Notes under the pieces: model-generated | What the model was told of the DNA's origin: nothing | The model's database searches: none | Seen by the model: the letters and a program-made list of their open reading frames with translations, nothing else | Program-made: the position numbers and the translations under genes | Assembly: GCA_040954595.2 (NCBI GenBank) | Contig: CM082598.2 | Span: 3,962,607 to 4,026,606 of the forward strand | Source: Balanoglossus misakiensis | Taxonomy: Eukaryota > Animalia > Hemichordata | DNA: 64,000 nt | Reading direction: 5' to 3' | In this document: positions 38,554 to 52,500 of the stretch, piece by piece | How positions within the stretch are numbered: position 1 is the stretch's first letter | How the letters are laid out: each line of letters starts with the position of its first letter

Positions 38554-39977
38554 TTAATAACTTTATGTCTCACAACTAGGACTGTAAGTTTTAATATGCA
38601 TCATGCCAGCACCTCATAAGTTTTCGTGTTGAATTTATTCCATCACAGACTGACAGGGGTGACTGGGTCAAATTGCCTATGACTGCTGTACTACATTAAC
38701 TTCATGTCCACTATGACATTATAAAACTAAAAGGGCCGTTTTCGAAATGAAGAAACGGAAGAGTTTCCGCAGACCATGTCAGACATAAACAAACTGCAGC
38801 CACTAAGATTATAAACAAACTGTAACCACTGACTACTAAAAACTTTTAATAGAGTCAAAAGTCTTCTGTTTTTATTATAATAATCATGGCTTTTGATAAT
38901 CCAGTTATAAATTTTACTTTACTGATGATAATTATTACCAGACACACAAAAACACAGAAATTAATCTGTCAATTTTGTAATTGCGAGATAAAAGCTTGCA
39001 ATAACAAATCGGGGTTTTCAAAACAACTACTGAAAACATTATATTCTGTACATTGACATGAAACAGATAACCAAGTAAACGTGACCAATTCCATTCCATT
39101 CTGGGATCATGAAACGTGCCAATTAGATCCGTACAGCACATTGGGAAAATCCATTTTTAGAGTTAGAGGGGTTCTCCATCCCATGTGAGTACAGTCTGAC
39201 CTTCCGACAAATCTCGGGTACAAAAGATCTCTAAGTCTGTCACTTCCTAACATCGGAGCCTTGACAATTTCAATGTAAGAGCATTTTCACCTTGGATTTC
39301 CCACTCCAAGCTGGCAATAAAGTCGGATCACATATCCAACAATTGTAAGGTGTACCCTGATATAAAATGTACCCTTCAAAAATACAATCAAAAATAATTC
39401 TCTAGTCAAAGGTTTTTTTTCTAAATTAACATTTTGCAAAGCAGCAGCAAAATCACACGTCCATATTTTGTTTATACAACATGAAAAATACCCAGCATAT
39501 AGACTACAAAGTTTGCACCAAACATATATTAAACATGGCTAGTATTGTGAATTTAAAAACTATTCCAGTAAACACTGAAGACCTAATTAATCTGTTTTTC
39601 ATTCTGATAGATCCTGAAACGATGTCCACTGACCACAACACATTAAGAGTTGAATACCGCAAACTGTTCACTTTGTCGGGAAACTATTTGACTTCAAAGG
39701 GCAAAGACCTTGCAATACATGTACACCGCTAACTAGTCCAGTGTAGCCCTATGTGGTGCCAGACAAGTGATATATAACACTCATGACTCTAACATGGGAA
39801 ACGTTTTCCCCGCCAAATTCACTTTCAAATTTTCAAAATTGTTCCCAACTTTCTAAAATTCTTCCATGTGAGGATAGATAAACATCTCCTATGAGTTGAG
39901 TCCTACATTTCAAACATGAAATATTTCCTCACTTGCAGTAGCAGGTATGTTTTCACTATTTCATTCTTTTTCTGCTC

Positions 39978-40060
39978 TGAATGAATGAATGAATGAATGA
40001 ATGAGTGAGTGGATGAATGAATGAATGAATGAATGAATAAATGAGCGAGCGAGCGAGCAA
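39978..40060. repeat. (TGAA)n microsatellite grading into (GAGC)n
   Basis: Direct inspection. Confidence 0.92.
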
Positions 40061-42286
40061 GTGAGTAAGTCCCGTGACAGCAGTGTTGAAAATTTAAGTA
40101 CTGACAAGTTCTCTACCCATTTTGACCAAGTTCTTCTTTTCAGAGGAAGTCCTTTTGGCATGAAAAATATGCTAGTACTAAAAATAAAGCTGTAAAAATC
40201 CTTGACACGACTTCAGGGAGTACTTCTGTATGCTCATGGCTACAACCGCATTCTGACTGCACTTTGATACACATAGCGACTCTGCAAATGTACATAATAT
40301 AAGCTTTTGATGACTGCGATGATGCGAGGTGTATATGTTTTAATTGTGGCTGATTGAAACAAGCAACTTTGCAGTACAGAAATATTGACGTGACTAGGAT
40401 CACATTACATTTCTCAAGTTCAAGTTCAGTTCAGTTCAGTTCATCAAAATTAAAACTATACCCATCACGGTGAAACTGATACGTGAAATTTCAAGTCACG
40501 ACAGGAAAGAAAAGTTTAGAAAAACAAATTAATTTACTTCCACACAGCACAACCAAATCAGTTTTTTTAAAGTTCAGGTTGACTTTTTAGGTTTATTTAT
40601 TCTACACGGACAAGACGCAATAAATAACGCATGTGTACAAACTTAAACATCCCACTTCCATTCAACCGCACTGGACGATAAGCCGACAGCAATTGAAGCT
40701 TAGAAGTCGAAGAAGAATTTATGAAATACCGGTATACTCACAAATCAGCCCGCGCTCTCGTTGCGCTCAAGTTCTGTCAAAAGTAGCCCGATGTTTTCCA
40801 ATTTATCCAAGTTCAGGTTGTTTGATTGATAGCACAGAGGTCTGCTGCTTAGAGGCTTACAGAAGCGAAACTTTTTTTAAGCTCCCAAAAGTGAACTTGG
40901 CAGGCTACTACCGTCTTGAATGAGTTTCCAGACTCCTCAAGTCAGTGGATATTTCTCTGAGCGCGCGACAGAGCGGTGTAACTTAAAAGTATGTTTTGGA
41001 CATATATTTTTTCAAAGTGTCACAAAGTTTGGTAAATATTTTACCAAGGGGACCAAATGTCAAACTGCTTATTGATCTCATGGACATTTGTTGAGATTTC
41101 ATGAAAAGTCTCCAAAGTGTCAAAGCTAAATTTAAACGCAATTTTAAGCGAAGAATTTATTTTGGAGGCTTGCCAGGGTGTCTTAAGTTCTTGGTGTACG
41201 TTTCACTCCAGTCGGAAGAAACCATTTCACCTCGGGGCATTTCTTCCCCTTCACCGGATTAATACAAAGACCGACAAAAGAAAACGAGTTTACACAGATC
41301 ACTTCTGTACAAACTTTTCCACGTAATTCCACAGTCAATGTAATAACAACTGATTTGTGTATGCAAACAGAACTTTCACGGAACCCTCAAGCGACAGTGT
41401 CCTTTCCATATACACAAATACGCGTGGTACACTCCACTCCATATATGGACACTCTTGTCATGAAATATTATGGTTTAAAATATCTTCCCTGCAGGAATGT
41501 ATCAGTTTTTACTTCATCTTCAGTCTCGAACACAAGAACGTCTTACGGCCAACAATTTCTGAACAGATTGCTAACTTTAATATTTTATTTGTCTGCATCT
41601 AAAACTGCTCTTAGTCTGAAACGCACAATACAGAACTTAGACTATTTTCTAAATCTTCTATAGTCTAGTCATGATAAAATTCTCTGTATTATATCAGCCA
41701 TCTACAAAATTACTTTCTAATCAAACTTGTTCAGAATTCTCATCTGACAAGTACGTATACTGATACATCTGAGATCCATTTCATTTAATCATTTGAAAAA
41801 TCTGATTCTGAAAGATTCTTTTTGTTACTTATATGCAATGAATTTGATTGAAAATAATATTCATGAATATAACGAAATGTTGCGTGCAATATTTCAGAAA
41901 TATCTTTTACGGATTTGATCAATCAATATTCGGAAATCATGATTGTTTAATTGAATTTTGACCTATCAGTGGCTGGGATGACAAGGTTTGTCTCCTAACT
42001 GCACCTTTCAAATAATCTTTAGTTTAATATCAGATGTAATTATATAGTATCAGACCTGAATATTTGATCTGGTTATTGAGGGCAAACACACACACCAGTG
42101 CACATCATATGGAAATATTGACTTACATAAATATCTGTGTTGTCTAGACACCTAATAGCCTTTGGCATGATCATAAGATGAACACTAAAATTAGACTAGC
42201 ATGCAAATTAATGTCTAGCCTGAGCATGTTTGATTTATTATAGGAATCTAACATCGAAGTCAAGCTGCACCGAGTATATAGTTTGA

Positions 42287-42372
42287 CCTTTTTACCACCA
42301 TGGTTTGGTCTAAATCCATTGTTTTCTATGGTAAAGGTAGACCTCTACATGTGCAAACGGGGGGCGAGGTAG
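42287..42372 (+). mobile_element. Diverged piggyBac-like MITE, family A copy
   Basis: accaccatggtttggtctaaatccattgttttctatggtaaag core shared with the 31107 copy. Confidence 0.75.
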
Positions 42373-43426
42373 TTAAACTACTAGTACCAGCATTTGCTAG
42401 ACATTTCGTGATATTACAAACTGCCCACCCTACCTACACTAAAATATCATAACAACCACACAATGTTATACATGTTTATGCATTTAGAGAGAAAAGGGAT
42501 GCCAAGTTCTAGAACAGTAAACCGTACTTTTCCTAATGATTGAATGCATAATTTGTTTTCCTTTTCAAACAAATCTCCAAAAAACTTACTCTACATATTT
42601 ATACAACCTAACTGATGTTTTCTGGTTTTGCAAACCGATGGATATTATGGAAAACACCAGAAAGACGACTACATGTGCATTCAAAACAACAAGATATTAT
42701 TTTTAAAACTGCCAGTACCAACACGAACAGCAACGCCATTGCTCAATAAAAAGTCATCTGGACGCACCAAGTTCATGCCTGCAGCAGCAGCCACCAAAGC
42801 AGGAACCATGTCATCACGGTTACCATTGCAACTAAGCCAACTGCCAAGCCTCATCAGCCAATCAATGATCCTGAAAACTGGTGCTGGAATGATTCAATAT
42901 TAATGACTCAAGCAGTGAAATATGAAATGTGAAAAAAAATCATATTTCCAGAATTCCCGATCAAGAACATTTCGGCACCCAGTGAGATCTGTTTGCGCAA
43001 CAAAATCATTCCATATTTCCACCCCCTGGTGGTAGAATGCCTCTGACTCAGTCGAAATACTTTACATGATAAACCGCATCAGAGATGTCAGTCTTCAATC
43101 GATCTATCAACTTGCAACCACTCCACAAGGCACTGACTTCTCAAGAACTGCCATCATAAAAATACTGACACAGCAGGGATCGCACATCAGTTCTAATGCC
43201 TGTTTCTATTTCTAGAACCGGTTTAATTCTCCAGCAACGCATGTAACAGGAAACATTTATAAACTACTGGTATGTAAGTGAGATCCTGTGGGTTGTTTAT
43301 GGTCTTCAGGGAAAACTTCACAGTGCAGTATTTGCAATGATCAACAGATGATCAGAGTGTACCTCAAGAGTCAATACTAGAGCTATGTTCAGTGTTTTTT
43401 ATGTCACTAGATACGATTACGATTAC

Positions 43427-43466
<40 letters not shown>

Positions 43467-43521
43467 GTAGTCATCATCACCATGATAACAAACACAAACC
43501 TCATTGGCACCAACGTTGATG

Positions 43522-43568
<47 letters not shown>
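43427..43568. repeat. Inverted pair of trinucleotide microsatellites, (GAT)~13 and (CAT)~15
   Basis: 43427-43466 and 43522-43568 are reverse complements separated by about 55 bp. Confidence 0.95.
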
Positions 43569-44248
43569 TCAAACACGGACTTTGATGGCTTTTAAGTACA
43601 AACATCCAACCTCTTCTCAATATACAGGTAGACCCTATAAATAAACGTCTACTCTAGACAATCTCACAATCTTGGTCTCCGTATCAAATTATCCCTGAGC
43701 TTAGATGGCATATTTAAATATCCCTGGCTGAGGGTCAATTTAACCTCATTCTTCACGTACGTGGGCAACTGTATTGATGTGGTTGAAGTAATTGCCTGTT
43801 TAATGGACTTTTAACAACCTTTTAATAAACCTTGAATAGTAATGTCGAGGTTTATGTATGATGATTAATCCTTGGCTTGGAGATAGTCACTTCAAGAACT
43901 ATCTTATTCAAAACTTCATGTCAATTATACTTTCAAATCAAAAAGAATTTGACTCTTAGATTTCAGTGTTGTTTGGTCCGGTACTGCGATGTGTAGGAGG
44001 AATTCCTGGTTTCACCTATTTAACCCATTGCCATTTTTAAATGCGATATACTACTGGTACAGAGTGTAAAGTTAGAAATCAAACATCATTATAACATTTC
44101 CGGTTGGCTATCAAAAATATCCGGTCTGCTTTCAAGATGCTGGTAGTATATGTAGCACTTAAATTCAGGCAAGGTGACCAATATGCTTGGTCCTGATTGG
44201 CTGTTGGGTGCGGACCAAATAATCTGATTTGTTAATCTTTGTACTCAC

Positions 44249-44301
44249 CACCTGTGTTTCTGTGCGAGGATTGCTCTTGATGCTCTGAACTTTGTCATTA
44301 G
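44249..44301 (-). CDS. NAV: NAV exon, CH domain part 2: (T)NDKVQSIKSNPRTETQV
   Basis: 53-bp exon with ttattacag acceptor and gtgagt donor. Phase 1 in, phase 0 out, fitting both neighbours. Resembles the NEKIEDINGCPKNRSQM segment of vertebrate NAVs (recalled, not aligned). Confidence 0.92.
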
Positions 44302-44855
44302 CTGTAATAAAAACAAATCGACAGCATTTAAAAGAAATAATGGACAATCGCCATACAATCTACGCTTCGTCACTTAGAACATGCAGTATACAGCTGGTGC
44401 TGTTTTTCGATGTAAAGGCACAAATAATAATTTTGAGCAAACAAATGATGACTACACATATCTACTTCTGGGATAATTGACAACTTCAAAAGAAGTGATG
44501 ATGACAGTACGGACATTCAACTCAAGAGAGACAGATGGACAATTTTGCTGACAGACAAACGATGAAGTGTGATGGCTTTTGAATGAACCACAAAGTGCTT
44601 ACAAAAGACAAGTCTTTTGGCAATAATATTCTCATTTATGAATTACTGCATCTGGCATGCAGTTTAAAAAGACAATGTGTTAGCTGACATGGGTTGACAC
44701 CAATTCAGCTATGATGCACAACTTCACTATGCAAAACCTGTGATATTTTTTGCAAGACTAAATGCTTTTTGTAATATTTTTACCATACAAATTATCAGCG
44801 GTCATTTTATTACAAAACTGATGTCGCACAGTGCCGAAATCATACTGTATTTCAA

Positions 44856-44939
44856 CTCTTTCATCACCATGGTTTGGTCCAAAACCATTTATTCTGAAGG
44901 CAGATTTGGACCTCTACACAAATCATTGGAGTGGAAGGG
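44856..44939 (+). mobile_element. Diverged piggyBac-like MITE, family A copy
   Basis: ctctttcatcaccatggtttggtcc ... gtggaaggg|TTAA. Confidence 0.72.
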
Positions 44940-45056
44940 TTAAAATGCAAGTGTCACACAATGGAAAAACCTGTTGCCAAACCCTGCCAGTAAAAAATTG
45001 ATTGTATACGCTTTGACCAGTTTCAACTGGTTTTAACTGGCTTAGGGAGTACTTAC

Positions 45057-45174
45057 TGACAGCCTCGATGACATTTGCTAGAAGGATTCCATCGGCAATA
45101 TCGATCTGCAAATCACTGATGAGTCGCTTGTATCCAGCCCTTTCCAAGTAATGGTTGGCCCAGTCTGTGTAGAT
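45057..45174 (-). CDS. NAV: Neuron navigator (NAV/unc-53/sickie family) exon, CH domain part 1: IYTDWANHYLERAGYKRLISDLQIDIADGILLANVIEAV
   Basis: 118-bp exon with tttcag acceptor and gtaagt donor. IYTDWANHYL is the characteristic start of the navigator calponin-homology domain. Phase 0 in, phase 1 out. Confidence 0.96.
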
Positions 45175-45412
45175 CTGAAAGATAGCAGAAAAAAATTGCA
45201 AAGGGAATAAATTTGTGTTCATAAAATTGAGAGAGAAAAATAAGTGAGTTTACTTTCGTGAGATATATTGTACTACAGTAAAAGCTGTCTAAACTGGACA
45301 CAAAAGGGACTGAAGACATTGTTTGGTTTATTGAGGTGTTTGGTTTATAGAGGTTCTTTTAACATGTGGTACTATGTGAAAAGGTGTTTGGTATAGACAG
45401 GTATTTTTGCTT

Positions 45413-45527
45413 TGAACGAATGAATGAACAAACAAACAAACAAACGAACGAACGAATGAATGATTGAATGAACGAACCAATGAACCAACGAATGAATGAA
45501 CGAATGAATGAATGAATGAATGAATGA
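45413..45527. repeat. Compound (TGAA)/(CAAA)/(CGAA) microsatellite
   Basis: Direct inspection. Confidence 0.92.
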
Positions 45528-48500
45528 GCGTAGTTAAGTGGGTAGAAAACCAAGGACACTGAAATCTGATCAACCTAGATTCAGGAAATGAAAGAACGCT
45601 GAAACTGGTTGGATATTTAAGATTTCCTGTATGTGGAAAAACGATAACCTCTGCGCCAAAAGTGTATTAAACAATTAAATTTTCTTGATGTAGAGCATAA
45701 TGGTTTGTGGCCAATGTCCTGCTTTGTAGATTCCTCTTTGAATAGACAATTTAGTTTTTGACATTTGCGGAAGGAACTCAAAGATTTATATACATTATTT
45801 TTCTTTTTTTTCTGACTGATTAACCCACTTTACCAAGAGAGAGGACCGACTTGTACTAGTTTTAAGAACGAATGATATAAAATCACATATCCTGTCTGAC
45901 ACTGAAACCAAAGTTTTATGCCAGACTCTGATAAGGCATCACAGAACTGGATCAAAACCCCATACAGATAAATGAAACCTGTATAAGTGGCAAATCCCTT
46001 GCAGGGTGTGAAACTGAAGTTCGATGCCAGAGTGTGATAAGACGTTTACACGCATTGAACCGATGGAAACCACATTTGATGAATGCTACTTTTTGATTAT
46101 CAGAGTGTGGAGGATGTTTACATTAAGACTGTCTGCTCAGAGTCTGGATTTGAATGTACAAGTTACGATCGCGGAACAAACTTCATGGAACAGTAATTCC
46201 TGGGCACAATGGTGCATTGTATACGGAGGAACATGTGCAGTTTCTCCTCAGTTTAATATACAAGTAGTCTAGAATCTGGCTATTCTTGAAGTCAGAAAAA
46301 TAGGTTCATGTATAATGCTAAAATACTGGGACCAGCTCAGTTACTGTAAAGTACTTGTTCCTTTATGCATCACTGTCTAATCCCTCCATGATACACCCCT
46401 ACCCCACCCCACCCAGCACAGGACCCCCCCCCCCCTCTCCCTCCAGATCTCCAGATCTCAAGATTCCTGATATACAACAGGATGGCTACAGAAATTCAAC
46501 ACTGACAGGATGCGAAACAAAAGGAAATGACACTAGATGGAGAAACAGTTGCTTGATTGTTGTGATGACCAAGTCACAGATTAATGGAGCCAGTAGGAAA
46601 CCTCTACCAATATATATCTATCATACACTCATTATAAATAAAACTCTTCCAAAAATTCCTCTTTGATTCCAAACACAGATTTCCACTCAAGGCAGAATCA
46701 ATTAACTACTTGGAGGACACGTTCAGCTGGAGAGGGACTCCCTTGAAGGTCAAAGCTGACCATTAGTATTAAATGCCATAGGTTTAATCTTTGTCCAGGG
46801 ATTTGGGGACCATTTTCAGTTACTTTAAACTAACATCCAGATAGGCAGTAAACACTATCGCATAAACACTGTCTCATCTACAAAGTACATGTAGAAACCA
46901 TCTGTTCTGAAGGAATCATTGCAATAAATAAAATCTCTAGGTGATAGCAATATTACATCGCTAAAATGGAGATATGACACTAAATAAAATGTGTTCTCAA
47001 ATTATTTATTGCATTGTGTATGCAATATTATACAAATGTTTCTAACGTTCAATCATAAGGAATGATAGGACATGAAATGTAGACAGATTTTAATGAAAGC
47101 ATGATTTTGAATTTGTACAATGATAATGAATTTGTGAAATTCAGATAATTCCGATTTAACAAAAAATAATAGGTTTATTGGTGCATTATTGTTGACTCAT
47201 TTCAAAAGAATGATACATACTCACATATAATAATAAAAGAATAAAATTAATCCTGAAATGGATAATCCCATTTCTAACAAATGGGTGCTGACTCATCAAA
47301 ATATTACTATCACTACAATTCAGCTTGGCTTTTAGTATAATCGATCATAATTTGCGAACAAATTTTAATCAATATTTTAAGCTATACACACTGCAATGTA
47401 GACAATGTTACAAGAAATTTGACATCATTCTCATATGTAATTAATGACCATGCTATAAATAATTAAAAATTATATTACATGCAGTCAGACTGCTATTAAT
47501 GATAAAATATGGAATTTGGGGGGAAAGCAGTTGGCAAAGAACATATTCCGGTAAAATATCTGCCTTACATTGCCCTGGATTTCAGGATTGGCACAACACA
47601 AGATTGATCTGTAATTGGCTTCATGGCACTGACATTTTTGCTTATTTAGCATTTTCAATTTTCAGCTGACATTGAATTATGAAGATGGATTTTTTCATTC
47701 GCCATCCACAGTATTATCAGCACAACTGCCAGCTAATAAATGAAGGACTTGGTTGTATTTTTTTGATACAGTAATTACGTAATATTTCTTTTATTTCTAT
47801 AATTCACAATAACTATTCAGTCATTTTTATGAGGTAAAATGGCAGACATTGAATCATGAAAATGAATTTTTTAAATTTACTATTCACAGTTTTATTAATA
47901 CATCTGCCTGTTATTAAATGAAGAACCTTAGCTAATGGTATTTTGTTAAATTCAGTAATTATGTAATATTTGTTTTCTTTCTACCCAAATCAAAATAACG
48001 ACTGGGTCATTTGTCAGGAGAGAAAATGTCAAACTATCAAAATTCCAATCAGTGAATGACCTTACACTTATTGTATAATTGCAGACATGCAGTTATGCCC
48101 AGATAAATATATAAATCCTGGCACCCTGTTCACCAGCTGTGGATTCCAGTCTCAAATCTGTATATTCAATGTGCCTGGTATATATGCAAATTAGCCCTGT
48201 GCATCTACCCAGGCTGTGTGACTGTTATTGGCAACATTCCACCGAGCCCCAACCTCGTCAACCCCAAAGCCCTCTTTGTGATGTGATATTCCGGTTAATT
48301 TATAAGGTATAGTGGATGATACCATTCCAATATGGGGATGGCATGTTCACCACTGGGGCTGATATGGTTCTTTCCCAAGGACAAGTGACTATCACAGAGA
48401 AATATTTCATCGTCTGCTAGCTGTTACTATTTGCGATATTCCGCACACAACTGCCAAACTGTCACTTATTTGTGAAATACGACACATATCAAAAATCAAC

Positions 48501-49541
48501 ATACACATTAAAATTTACGCCAACAAATTCTGGAATCCTCATCAATATAACAATTGACATTTTTTTCTGGATTTCAATTTCTACATTTACATTAACCCTG
48601 AGATAGTTTGCAATACTATCAATTTCAAATTTTTAAATCAATACCCTGAACTTTTGACCCAGAAATTTTTCCACCTTTTTTCTAAGTTTAGTTCCTAGCA
48701 TATTGGCTTTTTTTATAAATAACCTTGAATTTACTAAATATATTAACATGGAAGACCTCTATTGTGTCACTCAAGATGACAATGTCATACAAGGAAACGC
48801 TAAATTGAAAAAATAAACATTGACAATACTCAATTATTTAGCTTTGTTCATTGTATTATTCATTGTTGTTGTGAATTGATACACTGTATGATCCTGTCGT
48901 GGCAAATTAATTCACTCCGTAACATTATTTGGATCTGCGTTTGTGTCATTATACAGTGAACAGATCATGAGAAGTCCAACTCAACCGGGATCCATCATAT
49001 GAACATTTCAATGCCACGTCCGATTTCTATCATAACATGACTGCTATCAAATCATAATAAAAAAATATCAACAAATTGACCCAAATCCATGATTTTTCTG
49101 TCGTAACGACAACCACAGATATACTCACTTTTGAACTCAACAGTTGTCACAGGACGGACTGGGGCCGTTTTCCTACAAAGCGCAAAATAACTGCCAATCC
49201 ACAGATGAAAGCTACCGCAGCACTCAATTACACTTCAACCTGTGTATATCGGGCAATATTGCTTCGAACCTGCTGCTCAGTGCCGTCAGTTGAGTGTCCT
49301 GACCCCTTAGCTCACTCCATATTATCCTCTCTATTTATATCTCACTAAAACGCTTCGGAATGTTCCGATCGGTGACTTACTAAGTGAAAGTTCGTTATCT
49401 ATTTCAAATTGTTAAAATAAATTATTTCATATTATGAAGACAATTCTTCATGAAAGCTCTATTAGTATTTCTTATATCATTCAATATTTTTAATACAAAA
49501 ATAATATATAAAGGGTAGATTTTTTTGAGCATTACATGTTG

Positions 49542-49545
<4 letters not shown>

Positions 49546-49575
<30 letters not shown>
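49546..49575. repeat. (TATG)n microsatellite
   Basis: Direct inspection. Confidence 0.92.
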
Positions 49576-52500
49576 CATCTCGAGATCAGGTATATCTATA
49601 TCACCCATATAGTACACTCAAATGTTGAGACAAATCATTGTCAGAAAACAAGCACATCACAAGAAAGATTCTGATAAGGGGACCTCTTTCAATTTAACAG
49701 GGAAGACCCACAGAAGTAATTCATTTCCCCTCATTACATATTCATGAGAAAGCCGCAAAGCGTGGGAGTCTGATTCATACATTTCTCAGTAATTACAAGA
49801 TAGTGAGAACTAGTTATTCAGAAAAACATGTGAATCATTTAGGGAGCCTTGGGGTGGTAACGTAATACTTGTAGCTGCACACAGAAAAAATCATGAAAAG
49901 CCAAACTCTGTGGTAACCTTTTAATATTTTAAACTGAGTAAACCTTCAAATTGACTGCCTATATGGAATTTTTTTATATAAAATAAATGGTGATAATACC
50001 AATTTCAGTGATTGAAACATTCCAAATATTACTGTCATCCAATTACATACAAGTTACCCATTTACCACCATACTGTGGCCCAGTCCAACTGTTTTTAATG
50101 CTGTGGGTAAATCCATTTTCAGAGATATGGGGGGGTTACAGGATCAAGATGGAATTTACCTCTGTAACAATGTCAAGAAAACCTGATTCCATATTTACAG
50201 GTCAATATTTCACTGACATGGAAATCACATCACGAAAGGTGAAAAGATTAACGAATTTCATTTGAGTTATAGGAAGCAATTTTCTATATTATGCAGATTC
50301 AAATAGACTGTAATATGAGACCAAATACATTATTAATATCATGGGGCACTTGCCAAAGGTGAAATATGTAAATGTCAAACTGTCAAATGCCATTCAGATC
50401 TTAAGGAAAATATAAAATGCCAAAAAGCAACTGAAATAATTTTTTCCAGATAATTTAAAAGGGGCAAAAAGTTAATTTAATTTTTAATACCAATTATCTC
50501 AGGTGTGTGGACTTTTTTAGAAAATGATTTTTTTACATAGCCAAAGTCATCAATAAATAAACCAGGAAAATTAATGAATGACAATTTCCAGACTTAATTA
50601 TCTGTTGTGAGTGATGATTTAATTAATGTATTAATGACAGGATAATTATACCATTTATTATTACCTCATATTTTATAACATACATGTAGGTGGTATTAAA
50701 ACAACCGTCAAAAAATACAGAACGTGTACTTTCTCATTTGGGGTCATGCCGGGTCATGTGCCAGCAGGTTATGTAGGGTTACACAGGTCACTTTTGGGGC
50801 CTGCCTGTAGGAAAGACCGAGTCCTATAATGATAGGAATTTACGTATTCATATCACTCAGATCAGTTTCTTTCATGTGTACATCCTGTTAGTCCACAATC
50901 CTTGTGCTGACATAAAATCTTGTATCCAGCCCAAGAAAACATTCAGCTCAAACGCTACCAGTTCATATACACGCATGTACTGATCAAGTCAAGAATGTCC
51001 ACGTACATATATTCTCGCATCCATATTACGCTAATATTAGTACAGCCAAAAAAGCACTTCTAAATTACAAAACATATATTTGTGGACATGTACAAGTTCA
51101 ACAGATTAGTGATCATGATAAAGAACTCTAGGATTACATCTAGGCCAAGGTCTATGTCGACCTCTTTTAGTGTCGGTAAAGAACATGCAAGGGGGCGCTG
51201 TTTACGTTTACTATCGATACATTTCAGGACACCACACTTCTTGTAGCACGTATGTCACGTTCCCTGCACTGCCTTCATTTCATGTGAATGTTTATGCTTG
51301 GTGAATGAGTGGAAACTTTGACATTTCCTATCGCGTGCATGTCAAAACCCCTACGGGATTGCGAAGTGCAGCGCCCTCCAGTGATAGAAAAGCTCTAACT
51401 TCAACGAAAAGACCTTAGTATACACTGTACTATATTTGACGTGTGTATAATTACATTAATTGGCCCATTAGCCAATCAGAGTGAAGGGAGTCGACATTCA
51501 GTTAAATTGCCACTTCATAGAAAATGCAATACCAAGTTAATTAAGGATTAATTCACTTGCTATTCTTATCGATTCTTTGAAAATATTCACACAGAAATTC
51601 TTCCATTAATACCCTAAGGGGAGGGACTTATTTCCCTTTTCTTGCTGACAACATTAACTGTTTATATACCTGTCATTATATTTTGTCAGTTGAAGACAAA
51701 ACTGATATTTTGGCAAATATGAGTTATTGCTCAGTAATACTAAATTTCTACAACTAAATCAACATCAGATTTAGGCAACAACTACTGAATGAGAATCATA
51801 AGGCACTGAACAAAAAACATATCTTACAGTTTTTCATCTTATCCATATTGTTAAGAAACTCAACAACAAAAATATGAGATGCATTAATTCAGTCTGATTA
51901 AATCATAACCTGGTTTAAAACTACATATGCCCAAAACTTAATGACAATTTTTCAAAAGAGCCCATCTTGGTAAATTTACAACAATCATTGTCTCTCTACA
52001 AATATCAGCAATTTGTACCAAAATTCCTGCAGGAGGAATTTGCCAAATGACGAAATGATGAAATATTTCCCCATGCTTCATCAAAACTGTTTGCACAATA
52101 TGGAAAAATGTTGAAAATTTCGATATATAGTTCAAGTGCAAAATGCCAAAAATTCACACCAACAGTTAACGCGAGAGAAATTTGATAAATGTTGAAATTA
52201 CTATCACTACATTACCTCAGCTTTAGTGGCTCTGTGAGGACACATCCCAAAGCACAACATGGCACTAGCAGCTCACAAGGGCCAATAAAACTAGCGCACG
52301 CACGAAATTGTCACACGCCGATCAAAACTGACATAACCCCTTTCAGTGATTGTGTGCGGTCACATGAAAAAGAAACGTTACTATTAATCACATAATGAAC
52401 AAACTCGCACACACAATGTACTCAGAACAAATAAACGCGGCGTGCCTGTATAATATATCAAAACTGACACTGCTTCCAACATATCAAATCTATTCCACGA

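Noticed and set aside
43364-43595. Poly-Met/poly-Ile ORFs
   Set aside because: Translation of (GAT)n/(CAT)n microsatellites.
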